The position numbers were made by a program, and so were the translations under genes. A DNA stretch of 64,000 bases from Candidatus Hydrogenedentota bacterium. Lineage in GTDB: Bacteria; Hydrogenedentota; Hydrogenedentia; Hydrogenedentales; JAEUWI01. How positions within the stretch are numbered: the first letter of the stretch is position 1; the number at the start of each line of letters is the position of its first letter. Location of the stretch: positions 58,315 through 122,314 of the forward strand of contig JAXMOL010000021.1 of the NCBI GenBank assembly GCA_034669905.1, in the 5' to 3' direction. The notes under the pieces are model-generated. The model saw nothing but the letters and a program-made list of their open reading frames with translations. It was not told where the DNA came from and ran no database searches. Below, in pieces: positions 18,890-28,026 of the stretch.

Positions 18890-20086
18890 ATGATTGGAAA
18901 CGCGTTAAGCCAGTTTGGTTTTAAGATGGTCCATAGCCGGAACCTGGTATACAACACGTGCTGGGAAGATCCCCGCATTGACCGCCAGGCCCTCGAACTC
19001 CGCGCTGATGACTCGGTATTGGTTATTACGTCGGCGGGCTGCAATGCCCTGGACTATGCCCTGGCCGGCGCGGGACGTGTGCACACGGTCGATATGAACC
19101 ACCGTCAAAATGCCCTGTTGGAATTCAAACTCGCGGGTATCAACGCACTCACCTATGAAGACTTCTTCGCCCTCTTCGGGCGCGGACGGTTGGCGGGCTT
19201 CGAACGGATCTATCGCCGGACGCTTCGGCCGCTACTCAGCGCGACCGCCCAGGGGTATTGGGATCGTAACTGGGTATTCTTCGACCCGGAGCACTCCACC
19301 CGGAGCTTTTACTTTCGGGGAACGTCGGGTTCCTTTGCCTGGCTAATCAACCGCTATCTGGATCACAAGCCGGTGTTACGGGAAGGTATCGACGCTCTGC
19401 TGGCCTCCACGTGTGTGGAAGAGCAAAAGGCGCTCTACTTCAACGAGATTCGGGAGGTCTTCTGGAACCGCTATGTGCGCTGGTTCATCGGGCGGGACAT
19501 GACCCTCAGTATGCTCGGTGTGCCGCGGCGACAGCGGGAGACCGTGGAGCAGTGTCATGAAGGGGGCATCGCGGGCTTTGTGGAAGGGTGTCTGGACGCG
19601 GTATTCGGCCAACTGCCGCTGCAGGATAATTATTTCTGGCGGGTCTACCTGACGGGTACCTACACGCCGACCTGTTGTCCTGCCTATTTGACCGCCGATG
19701 GATTCCAAGCCCTGAAGAACGGTGCCTCGGAAGTGGTTTCGGTCAATACGGGCACGGTGCGCCATTTCCTGGAAGGCTATGACGGAACCATTTCCCGGTT
19801 TGTGCTCCTCGATCATATGGACTGGCTCTGGCAGGATCCCAACCGGGAGCTTACCAGGGCGTGGCAGGCCATTGTGGATAAGGCGACCGATGATGCCCGA
19901 ATCATCTGGCGTAGTGGCGGCACCAACACGGCGTTTGTGAACGCGCTGGAAGTAAAACGGCATGGGAAAACCTGCCGGGTGGAAGACCTGCTCCGTTTCG
20001 ACAACGAGAAAGCAGAAGCCTTACACCGGGAGGATCGCGTGCACACCTATGGCAGTTTCTACATTGCTTCCATGGCCACCGGCTGA
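18890..20086 (+). CDS. btaA: BtaA, SAM:diacylglycerol 3-amino-3-carboxypropyl transferase (DUF3419)
   Basis: LVYNTCWEDPRID, VITSAGCNALDY, VDMNHRQNALLE, DNYFWRVYL, LLDHMDW, DRVHTYGSFY. Confidence 0.88.
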   Translation: MIGNALSQFGFKMVHSRNLVYNTCWEDPRIDRQALELRADDSVLVITSAGCNALDYALAGAGRVHTVDMNHRQNALLEFKLAGINALTYEDFFALFGRGRLAGFERIYRRTLRPLLSATAQGYWDRNWVFFDPEHSTRSFYFRGTSGSFAWLINRYLDHKPVLREGIDALLASTCVEEQKALYFNEIREVFWNRYVRWFIGRDMTLSMLGVPRRQRETVEQCHEGGIAGFVEGCLDAVFGQLPLQDNYFWRVYLTGTYTPTCCPAYLTADGFQALKNGASEVVSVNTGTVRHFLEGYDGTISRFVLLDHMDWLWQDPNRELTRAWQAIVDKATDDARIIWRSGGTNTAFVNALEVKRHGKTCRVEDLLRFDNEKAEALHREDRVHTYGSFYIASMATG

Positions 20087-20097
20087 GCGGGACTACC

Positions 20098-20823
20098 ATG
20101 CGCGAACTGATGACGCTCTACCACATGCTGCTTGGTTCCGTGCGGGGTGACTCGCACGCAGAGCGATTGGAGGCATTCTACGGGCCGCAGGCGTCACACT
20201 ATGATAGCTTTCGCAAACGGCTGCTGCATGGGAGGGAGTCCATGTTTGAAGCCCTTCCCGTGACACCGGCACAGACGTGGGTTGACCTCGGCGCAGGAAC
20301 GGGAGCATCGCTGGATTTCATGGGCGATCGCACACAGAGCTTTGCCAGTATCCAGTTGGTCGACTTGTCTGCAAGCCTGCTGGCTGTGGCCGAGGAGCGG
20401 ATTGCGCACCGTGGCCTGAAACAGGTGAGCCTTCACGAGGAAGACGCCACAACCTTCGTGCCAGAAGGGGGGAAAGTGGATCTGGTTACCTTCAGCTATT
20501 CGCTGACCATGATTCCCGACTGGTTTGCGGCACTGGAGAACGCCCGTCGCATGTTGAAGCCCGGTGGGCATATTGGCATCGTGGATTTTTATGTTGCACG
20601 CAAACATGCGGTGGACCCCGCGCGACATCACGGTTCATTCACCAGGCATTTCTGGCCATTCTGGTTTGCCAATGACAACGTCTTCTTGAGTCCGGACCAT
20701 CTGCCCTGGTTGACTCATCATTTCCAGGAAGTCGCTCGGAGGGAATCCTGCGGGAGCCTTCCCTACCTGCCCATCACGCGCGTACCCTACTATTATTTTA
20801 TCGGTACACCCCGCCCGTCGTGA
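20098..20823 (+). CDS. btaB: BtaB-type SAM-dependent N-methyltransferase (DGHS to DGTS)
   Basis: RLEAFYGPQASHYDSFRKRLLHGRE, VDLGAGTG, TFSYSLTMIPDW, IVDFYV; directly after btaA. Confidence 0.85.
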   Translation: MRELMTLYHMLLGSVRGDSHAERLEAFYGPQASHYDSFRKRLLHGRESMFEALPVTPAQTWVDLGAGTGASLDFMGDRTQSFASIQLVDLSASLLAVAEERIAHRGLKQVSLHEEDATTFVPEGGKVDLVTFSYSLTMIPDWFAALENARRMLKPGGHIGIVDFYVARKHAVDPARHHGSFTRHFWPFWFANDNVFLSPDHLPWLTHHFQEVARRESCGSLPYLPITRVPYYYFIGTPRPS

Positions 20824-20845
20824 GAGTACCAGCGAATCGGACGGG

Positions 20846-21394
20846 CTACGAATCCGAGCCTTCACGGGCGCCTGAGGACCGCGCTTGCTCGGTCTCGGAC
20901 ACGGCCTTGTGTAGACGTCGCTTGACGAACTTCACAAACCAACGAACCACCGGTACGCGCTCGTAGACATAGTCGCCCATGTCGAAGTAGTCCCGGTGTG
21001 AAACGACCTTGTCACCCTCACCGAATACGATGCGGGAGGTGCCGTCCACGGAAAAGGGACGTCCCTTGTTCAGGCCCTTGGTCTGGAGGGTCATGGTCCA
21101 ATAGAGGGCATGGGTGTCGCCGTCGATGACTTCGTCCGTGTATTTCCAGTGAATCTCTTCGACGTACTGGTACATGGCCTCCATGTAGACCTTGAATTTA
21201 TCAAGGCCGCGCATTTTTCCCAGGGGATCTTCGAAGACCATATCCTCGGCGTAGAGGTCGTCCAGCAAGTGCAGGGTGTCTACACGGACTTCGGTGAAGG
21301 TATATCGAATGCGTTCTGAGCGGGTCATAGTACTATCCCCATTGGCGGTCTCCATGGTGCCCAGGACAACAAGGCTGAGTGCGAGGGCGGTCAT
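20846..21394 (-). CDS. NTF2/SnoaL-like protein with an N-terminal hydrophobic leader
   Basis: LYAEDMVFEDPLG, WTMTL, HRDYFD..DYVYERVPV; ATGA-coupled to the upstream gene. Confidence 0.85.
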   Translation of the reverse strand: MTALALSLVVLGTMETANGDSTMTRSERIRYTFTEVRVDTLHLLDDLYAEDMVFEDPLGKMRGLDKFKVYMEAMYQYVEEIHWKYTDEVIDGDTHALYWTMTLQTKGLNKGRPFSVDGTSRIVFGEGDKVVSHRDYFDMGDYVYERVPVVRWFVKFVKRRLHKAVSETEQARSSGAREGSDS

Positions 21395-22443
21395 GACAAT
21401 GCCGCCACGACGGGGTGTTTTCTCCGTGGTGTCGCGGTGGGTGTGGGAGAGAGCAAGTAATGTCCCACGTGCCATTCGGTACCCTTGTTGTAGGCGAAGA
21501 GTTCCTCGCAGGCCATAAAAAACATACGCCAGCGCTGGAGTTGGACCTCGGGCGGGGCGGGATTTGTGCCATCGCTGAGCAGGGGTAAGAGCATTTCCCG
21601 ATTGGCATCAAGACGGGCAAGCCAATCGCGACAGGTACGGGCATAGTGGGTGCCATTGACAACCCAGGACTCGGTTTCTGAGAAGGGTGCCGACAGCGTG
21701 TTGAAATAGTGGTGGGAAGGCATCATCCCGCCACTGAAGAAATGGCGGGCCATCCAATCGCTGTCGCCGCGATCTTCGTAGTCGTAGGTGTAGGCCCGAT
21801 GGCAGAATACGTGTATAAACAATTTGCCTTCAGGCTTCAGCCACTGGTGGACGCGCTCTAAGAGGGCGACATGGTTGCGCACGTGCTCGAACATCTCCAC
21901 GGAGACCACCCGGTCGAATTTCTGCTCCGGCCGGAATTGGTTGATGTCCGCGGTTTTTACCACGACGTTTGTCAGACCACGTTCGGCGGCCAGCTTTTCG
22001 ATGGTCGCCCGCTGGGCATGGGAATTTGAAACGGCGGTGATGGAACTCTGTGGATAATGCTCGGCCATCCAGAGGGTTAGGGAGCCCCAGCCACATCCCA
22101 GTTCGAGGATGTCCATGCCATCCTGCAGGCCAGCGCGGCTGCAGGTTCGGGTTAACATGGCCACCTCGGCTTCTGCGATGGTGGATTCCGAATGGTCATA
22201 CCAGCAACAGCTATACTTTCGATGGGGACCGAGTACCGTCTCGAAAAAAGCGGGACTCACCTCATAGTGCTGTTCATTGGCGGCCCGTGTTTCCACGGCA
22301 ATGGGCGTCAAATCGCTGGTGGCGCGCACGGCGTCGGACCCGGCAATTTCTTTCAGGCGTTGGGCGAGCAATCGGCGGATACCCGTTCGGACGAGGGTGT
22401 CGGGAAGCCATTGTGTTTCGGCAAGATCAATTAAGAGTCCCAT
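21391..22443 (-). CDS. CFA-synthase-like class I SAM methyltransferase (short form)
   Basis: ANEQHYEV, KYSCC, ILELGCGWGSL, VSVEMFEH, WMARHFFSGG, WRMFFMACEELF. Confidence 0.88.
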   Translation of the reverse strand: MGLLIDLAETQWLPDTLVRTGIRRLLAQRLKEIAGSDAVRATSDLTPIAVETRAANEQHYEVSPAFFETVLGPHRKYSCCWYDHSESTIAEAEVAMLTRTCSRAGLQDGMDILELGCGWGSLTLWMAEHYPQSSITAVSNSHAQRATIEKLAAERGLTNVVVKTADINQFRPEQKFDRVVSVEMFEHVRNHVALLERVHQWLKPEGKLFIHVFCHRAYTYDYEDRGDSDWMARHFFSGGMMPSHHYFNTLSAPFSETESWVVNGTHYARTCRDWLARLDANREMLLPLLSDGTNPAPPEVQLQRWRMFFMACEELFAYNKGTEWHVGHYLLSPTPTATPRRKHPVVAALS

Positions 22444-22466
22444 CGTTCAATTCTCCAGTTGTTTGC

Positions 22467-23729
22467 TTAGAGGCGGGCGCGAAAGCCGGGGCGGGCGTAG
22501 ACGAGCTGCGATACGCCGGTGAGGTGTTCTTCGAATCCGGCCTGGCAATAGCACAGGTAGAAATTCCACATGCGCCGGAAGGACTCGGAGTAGCCGAGGC
22601 CAGCGATGTGGTGTTCGTTTTCCAGGAAACGTTCCCGCCATATGGCCAGGGTCTTGGCATAGTGCGGGGTCATATCGTCAACCCGGGTCAGTGAGAAATC
22701 ACTGTGTCGGGTGGCCACGTGACAGAGGGTGGTGAGGGATGGCAGGCAGCCGCCGGGAAAAATGTAGCGCTTAATAAAGTCTACATTTCTCCGGGCGAAG
22801 TGGTAGTGCTGGTCCCGGATAGTGATGGCCTGTAATCCGAGGAGTCCGTCTTCCTGGAGCAGGTGCATGCATTGCTTGAAGAAGGTGGGGTAAAACTGAT
22901 GTCCCACGGCTTCGATCATCTCGATAGACGCGATTTTGGAGAAGGTCCCTTCAATGTCCCGGTAGTCACAGAATTTGGCTGTGACCCGATCTTCCAGGCC
23001 CTCATCACGAATGCGTTGGCGGGTGATCGCGAGCTGCTCGCGGCTGATGGTCACTGTGGTCACACGGCAGCCATATTTCTTCGCCGCGTGACAGGCGAAG
23101 CCTCCCCAGCCACTCCCGATCTCCAGCAAGTGGTCGTCGGCATGGAGCTGCAGTTTTCGACAGAGTCGGTCAAACTTGTTGATGCTCGCCTGGGCCAACG
23201 AGTCATTGTCCCGTTCAAAATAGCCGCTGGAGTAGGCCATAGTGTCGTCGAGGAAGGTCTTAAAGAAATCGTTCCCGAGATCATAATGGGCCGCAATGTT
23301 TTTTCGACTGCCATCCCGACTGTTCTTATTCAGTGCATGGTAGCAGTGGAGGAGCGGCGCCTTCAGGGCACTCATGCGCTTCTCCATGGCGCTCAGGGTT
23401 GCTCCATTGTGCGCCAGAATCCGGCAGAGCCCGGCCAGATCGTCCGTTGCCCAGTCGCCATCCATGTAGGATTCGGCCGCTCCAATAACGCCGCCCATGG
23501 CAATACGGGAGTAGAAGCGGGGGTGAAACACCCGTACGGTGGCACTCACGGGGAAGTCATCGTGATAGGCCCCGAAAAGGTGCTTTTGGTGCCCATCGCG
23601 TAGCGTGAGGGCACCTTGCTTCAGTTTCGACAAACGTTTCAGGACGATGGTCCGGCAGAGGTTGTCGAGCTTTCCTGCTTTTTGGACGGTGCTTTGCAAT
23701 AGGGTGGTATCAAAGGCAGAGTATTTCAT
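22467..23729 (-). CDS. cfa: Cyclopropane-fatty-acyl-phospholipid synthase family / UfaM-like fatty acyl methyltransferase
   Basis: NIAAHYDLGNDFF, MAYSSG, LEIGSGWGG, SIEMIEAVG, FIKRYIFPGG, RMWNFYLCYC. Confidence 0.9.
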   Translation of the reverse strand: MKYSAFDTTLLQSTVQKAGKLDNLCRTIVLKRLSKLKQGALTLRDGHQKHLFGAYHDDFPVSATVRVFHPRFYSRIAMGGVIGAAESYMDGDWATDDLAGLCRILAHNGATLSAMEKRMSALKAPLLHCYHALNKNSRDGSRKNIAAHYDLGNDFFKTFLDDTMAYSSGYFERDNDSLAQASINKFDRLCRKLQLHADDHLLEIGSGWGGFACHAAKKYGCRVTTVTISREQLAITRQRIRDEGLEDRVTAKFCDYRDIEGTFSKIASIEMIEAVGHQFYPTFFKQCMHLLQEDGLLGLQAITIRDQHYHFARRNVDFIKRYIFPGGCLPSLTTLCHVATRHSDFSLTRVDDMTPHYAKTLAIWRERFLENEHHIAGLGYSESFRRMWNFYLCYCQAGFEEHLTGVSQLVYARPGFRARL

Positions 23730-24499
23730 GGGGCGTTATGCTCCTCCCACAGATCGTGCTTTTTGGGGTGTGGTTGAAAGGAATTCCCCTTCCACCAGAG
23801 GCGGAAGGCTTCGTAGTAGATGGCCAGAAAAATCATCATGGTCATGAAGGGGTATTGGATGAGGATGGCGGCAAGATTGCGGGTGCACCAGGCGCGCCGG
23901 GTCATTACCATGCCGGCACCGAAAACCACGGTGCCCTTTTGTTCATTCTCAAGATGGACGGCGAGTTCCTGGCCGGGCTCGTTGAGGCGACAGCGATAGA
24001 GGTGATCCATTTCCATGAAGGGCGACACATGAAAGGCCTTGGCGCAGCGGTAGGGGCTTTCCGGATCGCGGCATACGTCGCCGGGCCACAGGTAGACATG
24101 GCGTTCATTCCATGGGGTGTTGTGCACTTCGGCAAGGACATGTTCGACCTGGGTATCTTCCGCGTCGTAGCAGTAGTAGAGGGAGATGGGGTTGATGTAA
24201 AAGCCGAAGTAGCGGAGCTGGGTCAATAATCGGATGGGGCCCGTCGGACGTGCGCCGGTAGCCGCTTCGATGGTATCCCGCACCGTCTCTGCAAGGACTT
24301 GGTCCTTTGGGCCATAGTGGTCTGAGCGTCGAAACCACGCCAGCGTGGGGAAGCGATGGGACCAGGCCACCCTTCCGGAGAAGGCCTCGTCCAAGTGATC
24401 CAGGTCGAGCCAGGTCATGAAGAGCCGATAGCGAAAGGCGTGGGGGCGCGGGCCATAGCGCGCGTGCCACACGGTGCCGGTGTAGAGCGCGGATTTCAT
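23726..24499 (-). CDS. DUF1365 family protein (UfaO-like)
   Basis: ALYTGTVWHARYGPRPHAF, LLTQLRYFGFYINPISLYYC, EVHNTPWNERH, KAFHVSPFM. Confidence 0.92.
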   Translation of the reverse strand: MKSALYTGTVWHARYGPRPHAFRYRLFMTWLDLDHLDEAFSGRVAWSHRFPTLAWFRRSDHYGPKDQVLAETVRDTIEAATGARPTGPIRLLTQLRYFGFYINPISLYYCYDAEDTQVEHVLAEVHNTPWNERHVYLWPGDVCRDPESPYRCAKAFHVSPFMEMDHLYRCRLNEPGQELAVHLENEQKGTVVFGAGMVMTRRAWCTRNLAAILIQYPFMTMMIFLAIYYEAFRLWWKGNSFQPHPKKHDLWEEHNAP

Positions 24500-25746
24500 A
24501 CGAGTACCCCCGCGTCAAACCAGGCACAGGCGTCGAGGGCACTCTTCACGCCGTCTTCATGGAACCCGTAGCCCCAATAGGCCCCGCAGTAATGGGTGCG
24601 ATTCACCCCACTGATTTCGTGGTGGCGTGCCTGCGCGGCCACCGATGCGGCGCTGAAGGCGGGGTGGCTGTAGTTAAAGTGGTCGATTTGGTGTTCCGGG
24701 GCGATGTGCCCATCCTGATTCAAGGAAACGAGAAAGTCACAGGGGGCGTCCAACGACTGGAGACGATTCATGTGGTAGGTCAGGTAGGCCTGGCTCTTGG
24801 TCTTCGGATCCATCCGGTAGTTCCAACTGGCCCACGCCCGTCGGTTACGTGGAAGAATGGACGTGTCCGTGTGGAGGGCCACGTCATTGGCCTGGTAGGG
24901 AATGGCGCCCAGAATTTCGCGCTCCCCATCACTTGGGTCTGCCAGCATGCGGAGGGCCTGATTGCTGTGTACCGCCAGGACCACCTGGTCAAACTTCATC
25001 AGCTCCTCGTTGGGCAACTTGATGGTGACGTGGTCGGGGTGACGAATGATCTGATGCACCGGGGAACGGGTGTGAATGCGATCCGAGAACCCCCGTATGA
25101 GGGGGGCGATGTAGTTGCGGGAACCACCCGTGATGACCCGCCACTGGGGCCGGTTCTTCAGATTCATCAGTCCGTGGTTTTCGAAGAAGTGAAGAAAGTA
25201 ACGGGCGGGCAGTTCGCCCACGGTTCCACAACCAGCGGACCAGATGGCGGAAATCATGGGGATGAGGTAGCGTTCCAGGAAAACCGTAGAGTATCGGCCA
25301 CGCTCGAAGAATACGGAAAGGGGCACTTCATCGTGGCAGTCCTGCAGAAAGGCCGGCCCGTCCTTGCTGAAACGTACGATATCCCAGAGCATCTGGTAGA
25401 AGCGGGGATTGAAGGCGTTGCGCTTGTGGGCGAAGAGGCCGTCCAGTCGGGGGGCGGCGTAGGCAAAGCCCGATGCCGGGTCGGACAGCGCAAAAGACAT
25501 GTCGCTCGCTTGGGTGGCCACGTCGAGCCGGGAAAGGAGTTGGACAAAGTGGGGATAGGTCCAGTCGTTGTAGACGATAAAGCCCGTGTCTACGGCGAAG
25601 CGTTGCCCTCCCCGATGCACATCCACCGTGTGGGTGTGGCCGCCGATATAATCATTGGCTTCAAAGACCGTCACCTCGGCCTTATCCTGTAGCTGATAGG
25701 CCGCTACCAAGCCCGAAATGCCACCACCGATAACCGCAACCCGCAT
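24496..25746 (-). CDS. FAD-dependent oxidoreductase, COG2907/amine-oxidase-like (UfaD-like)
   Basis: VAVIGGGISGL, GGHTHT, VDTGFIVYN..TYP, AWASWNY, CGAYWGYGFHEDG; RBS aaggaagg. Confidence 0.92.
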   Translation of the reverse strand: MRVAVIGGGISGLVAAYQLQDKAEVTVFEANDYIGGHTHTVDVHRGGQRFAVDTGFIVYNDWTYPHFVQLLSRLDVATQASDMSFALSDPASGFAYAAPRLDGLFAHKRNAFNPRFYQMLWDIVRFSKDGPAFLQDCHDEVPLSVFFERGRYSTVFLERYLIPMISAIWSAGCGTVGELPARYFLHFFENHGLMNLKNRPQWRVITGGSRNYIAPLIRGFSDRIHTRSPVHQIIRHPDHVTIKLPNEELMKFDQVVLAVHSNQALRMLADPSDGEREILGAIPYQANDVALHTDTSILPRNRRAWASWNYRMDPKTKSQAYLTYHMNRLQSLDAPCDFLVSLNQDGHIAPEHQIDHFNYSHPAFSAASVAAQARHHEISGVNRTHYCGAYWGYGFHEDGVKSALDACAWFDAGVLV

Positions 25747-25782
25747 CTGAACCTTCCTTTCTTGCACCCAAGGTACACCTAA

Positions 25783-25848
25783 AGCGTATCATTGTGTCTA
25801 GGTTTTGTCAAATAGAAAATGGACACGAGGTCGGCGGTGAGGTATACT
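25783..25848. promoter_or_regulatory. Back-to-back divergent sigma70 promoters with CarH/LitR-like operator repeats
   Basis: Minus strand: TTGACA(25811-06)-17-TACGCT(25788-83). Plus strand: TGGACA(25820-25)-17-TATACT(25843-48). Minus-strand TTGACA and TAGACA are 11 bp apart. Confidence 0.6.
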
Positions 25849-25864
25849 CATAGAGGGGTGGACG

Positions 25865-26539
25865 ATGCGCGCGGTGATGGGCAGGTCTGTCACCCAACCA
25901 AAAGGAACAATGGCTATGGCGACACTGGTGGTATTGACGGGATTGGCGGCGTTGTTGGCTGGGGCCGCTGCGGATGTGGAAGAGAAGCAGGCCGCGCCTG
26001 CGAAGGAGACGCCCATGATTTCCCTCTACGATTTCGACGGTGATGCACAGCGGTGGCGTATTGTCGATGACGGTGTCATGGGAGGGCGCTCCCAGGGTAA
26101 TTGGGACTCAAGCGCGGGGGTGGGCGTCTTTTCTGGCACCTTGTCGCTGGAGAACAATGGGGGCTTTTCATCGGTGCGCTCCGACAACGTAGTCGCATCG
26201 TGCGCAGGGGCGACGGCCTTCCGCATTCGGGTCAAGGGCGACGGGCGCACCTACCAGTTTCGGGTGCGGAGCAGCGCGGCCTTTGACGGTGCGAGCTACC
26301 GCATGATGTTTGACACGAAGGCCGGGGAATGGCAAGAGATTGACCTGCCCCTGGAAGACTTTGAGGCGTCCTTTCGCGGACGCGTGCTGGGAGACTATCC
26401 GGCGCTGGAGGGTGAAAAGGTGGTGACGGTGGGATTCTTGTTGGCCGATAAGAATCCGGGGGGCTTCCAGCTGGAAGTGGACTGGATAAAGGCGAAGACG
26501 ACGGGCACACCGGACGCTGCGCCTGCGGAAACCCCCTAA
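25865..26539 (+). CDS. CIA30 family protein with a signal peptide
   Basis: WRIVDDGVMGGRSQG, GTLSLENNGGFSSVR, RVKGDGRTYQ, F.ASFRGR. Confidence 0.9.
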   Translation: MRAVMGRSVTQPKGTMAMATLVVLTGLAALLAGAAADVEEKQAAPAKETPMISLYDFDGDAQRWRIVDDGVMGGRSQGNWDSSAGVGVFSGTLSLENNGGFSSVRSDNVVASCAGATAFRIRVKGDGRTYQFRVRSSAAFDGASYRMMFDTKAGEWQEIDLPLEDFEASFRGRVLGDYPALEGEKVVTVGFLLADKNPGGFQLEVDWIKAKTTGTPDAAPAETP

Positions 26540-26579
26540 ACGGTTGCACCGCTGTTGGGACGCGAAGAAGCGCCCGTGC

Positions 26580-28022
26580 CTACGCGAGCAACTCGTGGAT
26601 CACTTCACCGAAGACATCGGTGAGTCGGAAGTCCCGTCCCTGGTAGTTATAGGTCAGGCGCTCATGGTCCATCCCCATGAGGTGAAGAATGGTGGCCTGC
26701 ATGTCGTGGACGTGTACGGGCCGCTCCGTGACATTGAAGCCGAGCTCGTCGGTGGCGCCGATAGTCTGACCGGGCTTGATGCCGCCGCCCGCAAGCCACA
26801 TGGTGAAAGCCTGGGGGTGGTGATCTCGGCCCATGCTGCGGCCCAGCGCGGCGATAGATTCGACCATGGGGGTGCGGCCAAATTCGCCGCCCCAGACGAC
26901 CAGCGTGTCTTCCAGCAGGCCCCGGCGTTTTAAGTCGGTAATCAGGGCCGCGCAGGCCTGATCGGTTTCTTTGCACTTACCTTTCAGCCCACCGGCCACA
27001 TCGCTGTGGTGATCCCAGCTTCCGTGGTAGCAATTTACGAAGCGGACACCCCGCTCCACCATACGGCGTGCGAGCAGGCAGTTGTTGGCGAAGGACGGCT
27101 TGCCCGGATCGGCCCCGTAGAGGTCGAGGGTTTCCTGGCTCTCCTGTCCGAGATCGATGAGATCAGGGGCGCTGCTCTGCATCTTGTAGGCCATTTCATA
27201 GGCGTTGATGCGGGCGGTAATCTCGGGGTCGGCCAGAGAGTCGAAGCGGTGCTGGTTCAGCTGGTTGATGAGGTCGATGTTGTTCCGCTGCAAGGTCGCG
27301 TCGATGCCGTCGGGGCTGTTCACATTTAAGATGGGACTGCCCTGGCTGCGGAATGGCACCCCCTGGTACTCGGTGGGCAGGAAGCCACAGCCCCAGTTGT
27401 GGGCCCCGGCGCTGAGTCCGGCACCTGAATTAAGTACCACGAATCCGGGCAGGTCGTCTGCCAGACTTCCGAGGCCATAGGTCGCCCAGGAGCCAATGCA
27501 GGGGCGCCCCTGGAGGGGAGAGCCCGTGTTGATGAAGAGCTGGGCGGGCGCGTGGTTAAATTGGTCGGTATGCACCGAGCGCACGATGGCGAGGTCGTCG
27601 GCCACCTTGGAGAGGTGGGGGAGTAACTCGGAAAGCTCCGCGCCGGACTGGCCGTGACGCGCAAAGGCGAAGCGGGAAGACATGAGGGCGGCGTCGGGCT
27701 GAATGAAGGCGTAGCGCTGGTCTTTGACCAGGTCGGCGGGGATAGGCTGGCCGTCATATTGGGTGAGCACCGGTTTGTGGTCGAAGAGATCGAGTTGGCT
27801 GGGGGCTCCCGCCATGAACAAATAGATAACGTGTTTGGCCTTGGGCTCAAAGTGGGACGCTCTTGGCGCGAGGGGATTCGCCGGGGCAGCGGCTTGGGCA
27901 GTACGGCCACACAGCAGGGAGGCCAGGGCAATTTTGCCCACGCCTACCCCACATTCCCGGAAGAAGTGGCGCCGGGTGGTCTGGCGTAGGGGATGATCGC
28001 GTCTCGTTGCTTGGTCCGTCAC
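26580..28022 (-). CDS. DUF1501 family Tat-exported protein
   Basis: TTRRHFF Tat motif; [47 protein letters not shown]. Alternative start at 28049. Confidence 0.92.
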   Translation of the reverse strand: MTDQATRRDHPLRQTTRRHFFRECGVGVGKIALASLLCGRTAQAAAPANPLAPRASHFEPKAKHVIYLFMAGAPSQLDLFDHKPVLTQYDGQPIPADLVKDQRYAFIQPDAALMSSRFAFARHGQSGAELSELLPHLSKVADDLAIVRSVHTDQFNHAPAQLFINTGSPLQGRPCIGSWATYGLGSLADDLPGFVVLNSGAGLSAGAHNWGCGFLPTEYQGVPFRSQGSPILNVNSPDGIDATLQRNNIDLINQLNQHRFDSLADPEITARINAYEMAYKMQSSAPDLIDLGQESQETLDLYGADPGKPSFANNCLLARRMVERGVRFVNCYHGSWDHHSDVAGGLKGKCKETDQACAALITDLKRRGLLEDTLVVWGGEFGRTPMVESIAALGRSMGRDHHPQAFTMWLAGGGIKPGQTIGATDELGFNVTERPVHVHDMQATILHLMGMDHERLTYNYQGRDFRLTDVFGEVIHELLA

Positions 28023-28026
28023 AGTA

